Positions 17,681 to 21,906 of a DNA stretch of 21,906 bases are shown one piece after another. The translations under genes were made by a program, and so were the position numbers. The notes beneath the pieces were generated by a model that was not told where the DNA came from, did not search any database, and was given only the letters and a program-made list of their open reading frames with translations. How positions within the stretch are numbered: the first letter of the stretch is position 1; each line of letters opens with the position of its first letter. The DNA lies in the UHGV virus genome UHGV-1665900. One strand, written 5' to 3'. The DNA comes from a virus.

Positions 17681-18899
17681 TGGCGTTATCCTTCTGCTTA
17701 CCGGCTTTACTGCCATCGGAGGGTTTCGTGGTCATGTTCATCGGTGTGAGATAGACATCACCACCGGGACGCGGATTCATATCTTCCAGGTCGCGGCAGT
17801 CATTGGGAGAGTAAATTCCCCAGTTAATCCCGGTGGCGTAGGCTTCAAAACGGGACTTCATATCCCCGCGCAGTAACGCCCCGGCGTTAAATTTGGCGTA
17901 ATAAACGCCCTGCTTACTTTTTCGAACCAGTCCGGTGTTGATCCGCTGCTCGATGCGGGTCAGATACGGCACCAGTGAATAGTTGATAAATCCCAGCCCC
18001 AGCTCTTCAATATTGTTGAAGGTGGCGCGATCGGTGTTCTGCACCATGTGCAACGGCACCCGGAACAGACGACAGATTTCTTCAAGCTGAAACTTGCGGG
18101 TTTCCAGGAACTGGCTGTCCTCGGCGTTCAGCGCCATCGACTTCCAGTCCAGCCCCATCTCAAGGATCATCGGGCGGTGAGCATTACCAAGCCCGGTGTG
18201 ACGCTCCTCAAAATCTTTCTTCAGGCGCTCGTAAGCCTGATCTGACAGCGTCTGCTCTGTACGCAACACACCCGACGTCACCGCGCCATTGCTGAACAGT
18301 CTGGCCCCGTGCTCTTCGGTCGCTGCCGCCAGCGATATTGCCTCGCGGGCATAGGCGATGGGATTCAGCCCCACCAGTCCGTCCAGCGTCAGCGTGCGCA
18401 CATGCCAGATATCCTCCTGGCTCAGTACATCCGTGGAGCCATCCGGGAATGTGACCTGATAGACCGGCTCCCAGCTACTGTTAAGCTTCGGTACCACACA
18501 GCCGGGATCGACGGGCAGCAGTTCAGCCACTTCGCCAAATGCTTTCACTTTGTAGGCGTAAAAGTTTCCCCGCAGGCACAGACAGGTGACCACCAGCTCC
18601 CAGAACTCCTGCGGCGTCATATAGCCATTGGGATGCGTGGAGATCAGCTTATGCAGACGTTCGCCGGTGGCTCTCTGCTTCAGGCTGCCGTTCAGGTGAT
18701 ACAGGTTGCAGGGCAACATCCCGACCGACTCTGCCAGAACCCTGACACAGGAAAAAACCGCCGTCAGTCGCATGGCCCGCTGGCTGCTGATCTGCTTTCC
18801 GGTATAGGTGTCGTAGGACAACCCGATAGCCTCCGCCAGCTCTGCTGGCGTGGTCACCGGTGCGTCACTTTTTCGTTGAAATAATCCCGAAAAGAACAC
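17658..18899 (-). CDS. portal protein
   Basis: 413-aa ORF with GTG start and GGAGG 6 nt upstream, between the terminase and protease genes. Confidence 0.85.
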   Translation of the reverse strand: MFFSGLFQRKSDAPVTTPAELAEAIGLSYDTYTGKQISSQRAMRLTAVFSCVRVLAESVGMLPCNLYHLNGSLKQRATGERLHKLISTHPNGYMTPQEFWELVVTCLCLRGNFYAYKVKAFGEVAELLPVDPGCVVPKLNSSWEPVYQVTFPDGSTDVLSQEDIWHVRTLTLDGLVGLNPIAYAREAISLAAATEEHGARLFSNGAVTSGVLRTEQTLSDQAYERLKKDFEERHTGLGNAHRPMILEMGLDWKSMALNAEDSQFLETRKFQLEEICRLFRVPLHMVQNTDRATFNNIEELGLGFINYSLVPYLTRIEQRINTGLVRKSKQGVYYAKFNAGALLRGDMKSRFEAYATGINWGIYSPNDCRDLEDMNPRPGGDVYLTPMNMTTKPSDGSKAGKQKDNANADETTS

Positions 18900-19081
18900 T
18901 ATTTACCTCCGCCGACAGACGACTGTGTACGGTCAAGATATCGCGCCACCAGCCACGACCAGAACAGGCACAACGCCCCGGCAACAACAAACCCCGCCGG
19001 GGGATAAATCAGCCAGGCACCATACGCCAGCAAAAGCGCCCCCAGCACGCCCACCAGAGGCGCGAGAATCAGCATGATCAT
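18899..19081 (-). CDS. small hydrophobic protein, 60 aa, two predicted transmembrane helices
   Basis: [49 protein letters not shown]...; GAGGT RBS 6 nt upstream of the ATG; its stop overlaps the portal GTG start. Confidence 0.5.
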
Positions 19082-19092
19082 AATTACCTCAG

Positions 19093-20826
19093 TTAAAGCG
19101 AGCGGATCCCATAGGACTCAATGTGGTCAGACAGCGTGTCTTCTTTCTCGTACAGCATGGCTCTGCCAACCGCCATAATCAGCGCAACTGCACCATCGAT
19201 TTTGTTTTCCGCCTGCTCTTTGACGGGCTTCACCACATCATCGTTACCCGGAATGGTTTTGCCGACCACGTTGCCGATACACCAGGTCATGATGGGATTA
19301 CCATCATGATGAAAGCGCCCCGATTCAATTGCCGCTTCCAGCTCTTTCATCGGGTCGGACATGTTGGTGTAATTCTGAATGATAGTGATGGGGTTCAGGT
19401 CTTCATCAGCAAGGTCATGTGACAGCCCGGTCGCCCCGAAGGGGTCGATTGGTGACTCACTGACCGGGCTGATTTTGTTCGCCGCTTTGGCCTCCTCGAG
19501 GATGTAGCGATAATCCACTTCCGCACCATCGGTAACGGTCAGAACGCCCATTTCCACCCATTTCTGAAAGCGTTCGGCTGTCCGTCGATCTTCATTTTTC
19601 TCGACGCTGTACACCGTGTCATACGGTACCCAGAAACGCGGGGCCACACTGTAGTAATGCGTTTTACCGTCAATCTCGCGGGTATAAAGTCGCGCCATGC
19701 TGTTCATATCCAGCTTACGCGCCAGGTCAAAGGCCAGAATGCACGGCTGCCCCTCGAACTGCTCAAGGGTCAGTGATTTATCCTCGCAGCTCTGCCAGCT
19801 TACCAGGTTGAAATACGCCGAACGCGCCGACACCCAGATATTGAGGTGTTTTGTTTTAAAGACGTTTGCCAGACGGGCGTTATTTTTCGCACGCTGCTGC
19901 TGACTTAACAAAAATTCGCGATAAACCGACACGCCAATATTTGGATTGGCTTTTTCCAGCACCTGCGGGTCGGTCCAGTCGTCACCTTCATCAACGGTAT
20001 AGATGATCCCGAACAGTTCATCGTTAGGCACCGAGCCGTTGAGCATCTCGATGACTTCCCGCCGTTTGTCGTAGCACGGCCCCTCAATGTTGTACCCGGC
20101 GGTGGTGATGGCCCACATCAGTGGCTGACGTCGCGCCCCCATCCCGGTAAGCATTGTGGTATAAAGCGCATCGGTGGCATGCTCGTGATATTCATCCACC
20201 ACCGCACAGTGGGGTGATGAACCATCACCGGGGTTACCGATCAGCGGTTCAAAACGCGCACCATCCTCCGGACGGTTCATGTTTGAGGCGTTAACCTCAA
20301 TCCCGAACGCTTCCGTCAGCATGGGTGTGCGTTTACACATCAGTCTTGCCGGACGAAAGACTTCCCACGCCTGTTTCTCCGTCGTGGCACCGGAATACAC
20401 TTCCGCGCCGAACTCGTTATCACAGGCAAAACAATACAGGGCGACACCGGCAGAGATTGCCGATTTGCCGTTCTTACGGGGGATTTCGGTATACACCTCA
20501 CGGAAGCGGCGCAGCCGGGAGCCTTTATTGACCCAGCCAAACGCGCAGCAGATCACAAAGAGCTGCCACGGCTCCAGCGTGATAGGCATCCTCTTGAATG
20601 CCCACTCACCCTTGGTGTGCGGCAACAGCTGAATAAATTTGGCGGCCCGTTCAGCCAGGTCCTTGTCGAAGCGGTAACGAAACGACTTACTTTTTTCCGC
20701 CATCAGGTCATCAAGATGGCGCTGGCAGGCCTGAATCACAAACTGGCAGGCCACAATCTTTCCGCGCACGACATCACGGGCATACTGATTGGCTGCATTT
20801 ACGTTGGGGTAAGATTTCCGGCTCAT
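19093..20826 (-). CDS. terminase large subunit
   Basis: 577-aa ORF with a Walker-A-like motif PRKNGKS, located between the small terminase and portal genes. Confidence 0.9.
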
Positions 20827-20839
20827 GATTCGATGATTT

Positions 20840-21325
20840 TCAGATTGTCAGAAACGGGTTAGTGGCTTTCTTCTTCCCCGCCAGGCCAATCAGACGCTGG
20901 CGGCTGCTGGGGTCGAGTCCGAGCATTGCCCCCGTGCTGCTCATCTCGGACTCCTGTTCTTTTTTGGCGGTCAGCTCCGGATTTTTGACCATGCCGCCCA
21001 TTGCACCGGTGATGGTGTTGCCCTGTCTGGCAATATTTTTCACGGCACGTCGCCAGAATTCATAGGCCACACACCACCGCTCAAGTACCGCCAGGTCAGT
21101 CACGCACAGCAGGCCCTGACCGCAGAGTTCTTTGGTTGTCAGTTGCCACATGATCGTGGCGAGAGGGAGATCTTCTTCAGCGAACCACTCCGGTGGCTCA
21201 ACACCTTTGATGGGCGTAAAAACAGGTTCATCTTTATTCAGGGCTCGCTTGCCGGGGTTTCCGGCCAGCGCCTTGCGCGCCGTTGGCTTGGGGCGACGCC
21301 CGGAACGCCCCGCCGTTCCAGCCAT
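20840..21325 (-). CDS. terminase small subunit
   Basis: Basic N-terminus, directly upstream of the large terminase. Preferred start is ATG at 21325 ([11 protein letters not shown]) with AGGAG 8 nt upstream; the ORF-track start at 21334 is a GTG with no spacing to that RBS. Confidence 0.8.
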   Translation of the reverse strand: MAGTAGRSGRRPKPTARKALAGNPGKRALNKDEPVFTPIKGVEPPEWFAEEDLPLATIMWQLTTKELCGQGLLCVTDLAVLERWCVAYEFWRRAVKNIARQGNTITGAMGGMVKNPELTAKKEQESEMSSTGAMLGLDPSSRQRLIGLAGKKKATNPFLTI

Positions 21326-21375
21326 ATGCGGCACTCCTGGTTAAATTTCATTTTTCGCGGGTATAAAAAAACGAT

Positions 21376-21424
21376 GGGGCGGGCAGTCCGGAAGACGTCA
21401 GGTCACAGGGATTTGACCCGCCCC
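21376..21424. other. GC-rich inverted repeat between the HNH and small terminase genes; candidate packaging (cos) region or terminator
   Basis: ggggcggg (21376..21383) pairs with cccgcccc (21417..21424). On the minus strand it is followed by atcgttttttta. Confidence 0.4.
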
Positions 21425-21450
21425 TCCCCTCTGTCAGTGGGAACTGATTC

Positions 21451-21801
21451 TTACTTCAGCCGTTCACGGGCCGTCTTCGCCTTATGACACGGCCAGCACA
21501 GGCTCTGCAGATTACTGTCGGCATCAGAGCCGCCATACGCTTTAGGAATGATGTGGTCAACGGTTTTCGCCTCACGCACCACACCAGCACGCAGACATAG
21601 CTGACACAGGCCTTTGTCACGCTTCAGGACACGCACGCGGATAACATCCCACTTCGAACCATAACCGCGCTGATGACGAGATTGTCCTGGCTTGTATTGC
21701 TTCCAGCCTTCGCTTTTATGGCTTTCGCAGTAGCCTGACGGGTCCGTGGTTGTAGAGCGGCAGCCGCGAACACGGCAGGCTTTTGGGATTCTAGGGGGCA
21801 T
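21451..21801 (-). CDS. HNH endonuclease (terminase-associated)
   Basis: 116-aa ORF with CxxC...CxxC and H-N-H motifs (CQLCLRAG...VDHIIPKAYGGSDADSNLQSLCWPCHKAKT), immediately upstream of the terminase genes. No RBS is visible. Confidence 0.85.
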   Translation of the reverse strand: MPPRIPKACRVRGCRSTTTDPSGYCESHKSEGWKQYKPGQSRHQRGYGSKWDVIRVRVLKRDKGLCQLCLRAGVVREAKTVDHIIPKAYGGSDADSNLQSLCWPCHKAKTARERLK

Positions 21802-21906
21802 ATAAAAAATTTATAATAAGTAAAATAATAAAGAAAAATACTCAAAGGCAATTATCTTGACTCAAATACAAATCTAGAAGAGATGAGCTTATCAAGCATT
21901 TTCATA

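Noticed and set aside
21624-21851. 75-aa minus-strand ORF overlapping the HNH gene in another frame
   Set aside because: Fully nested in the HNH coding region and AT-rich leader; no independent support.
1-21906. CRISPR arrays, tRNA/tmRNA genes and prophage attachment-site repeats
   Set aside because: No regularly spaced direct repeats and no tRNA-like cloverleaf sequences were seen by eye; the integrase and att junctions appear to lie outside this window.

Overview
Almost the whole window (about 1874..21801) is the late, virion-structural region of a temperate tailed phage, read on the minus strand, with an HK97-type head module and a Mu-type contractile tail (the SfV / E. coli e14 style of mosaic). 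Gene order from right to left is HNH endonuclease, small and large terminase, portal, prohead protease, major capsid, head-tail connectors, tail sheath, tube, frameshifted chaperone, tape measure, baseplate proteins, then tail fibre and tail-fibre-assembly genes inside a Din-type invertible segment, ending with a pin-like invertase. The invertase is cut off after about codon 96 at a sharp junction (about nt 1948) with roughly 1.8 kb of AT-rich foreign DNA. That DNA carries two overlapping minus-strand genes of unknown function (744..1814/1925 and 389..751), which I rank as the most interesting candidate for an undescribed accessory system, possibly anti-phage defence. The cassette abuts the left end of an IS1 element that runs off the window start (1..141). 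No tRNA, rRNA or CRISPR array was seen. All family assignments are by eye from the translated ORFs and from recalled sequences; no database search was run.
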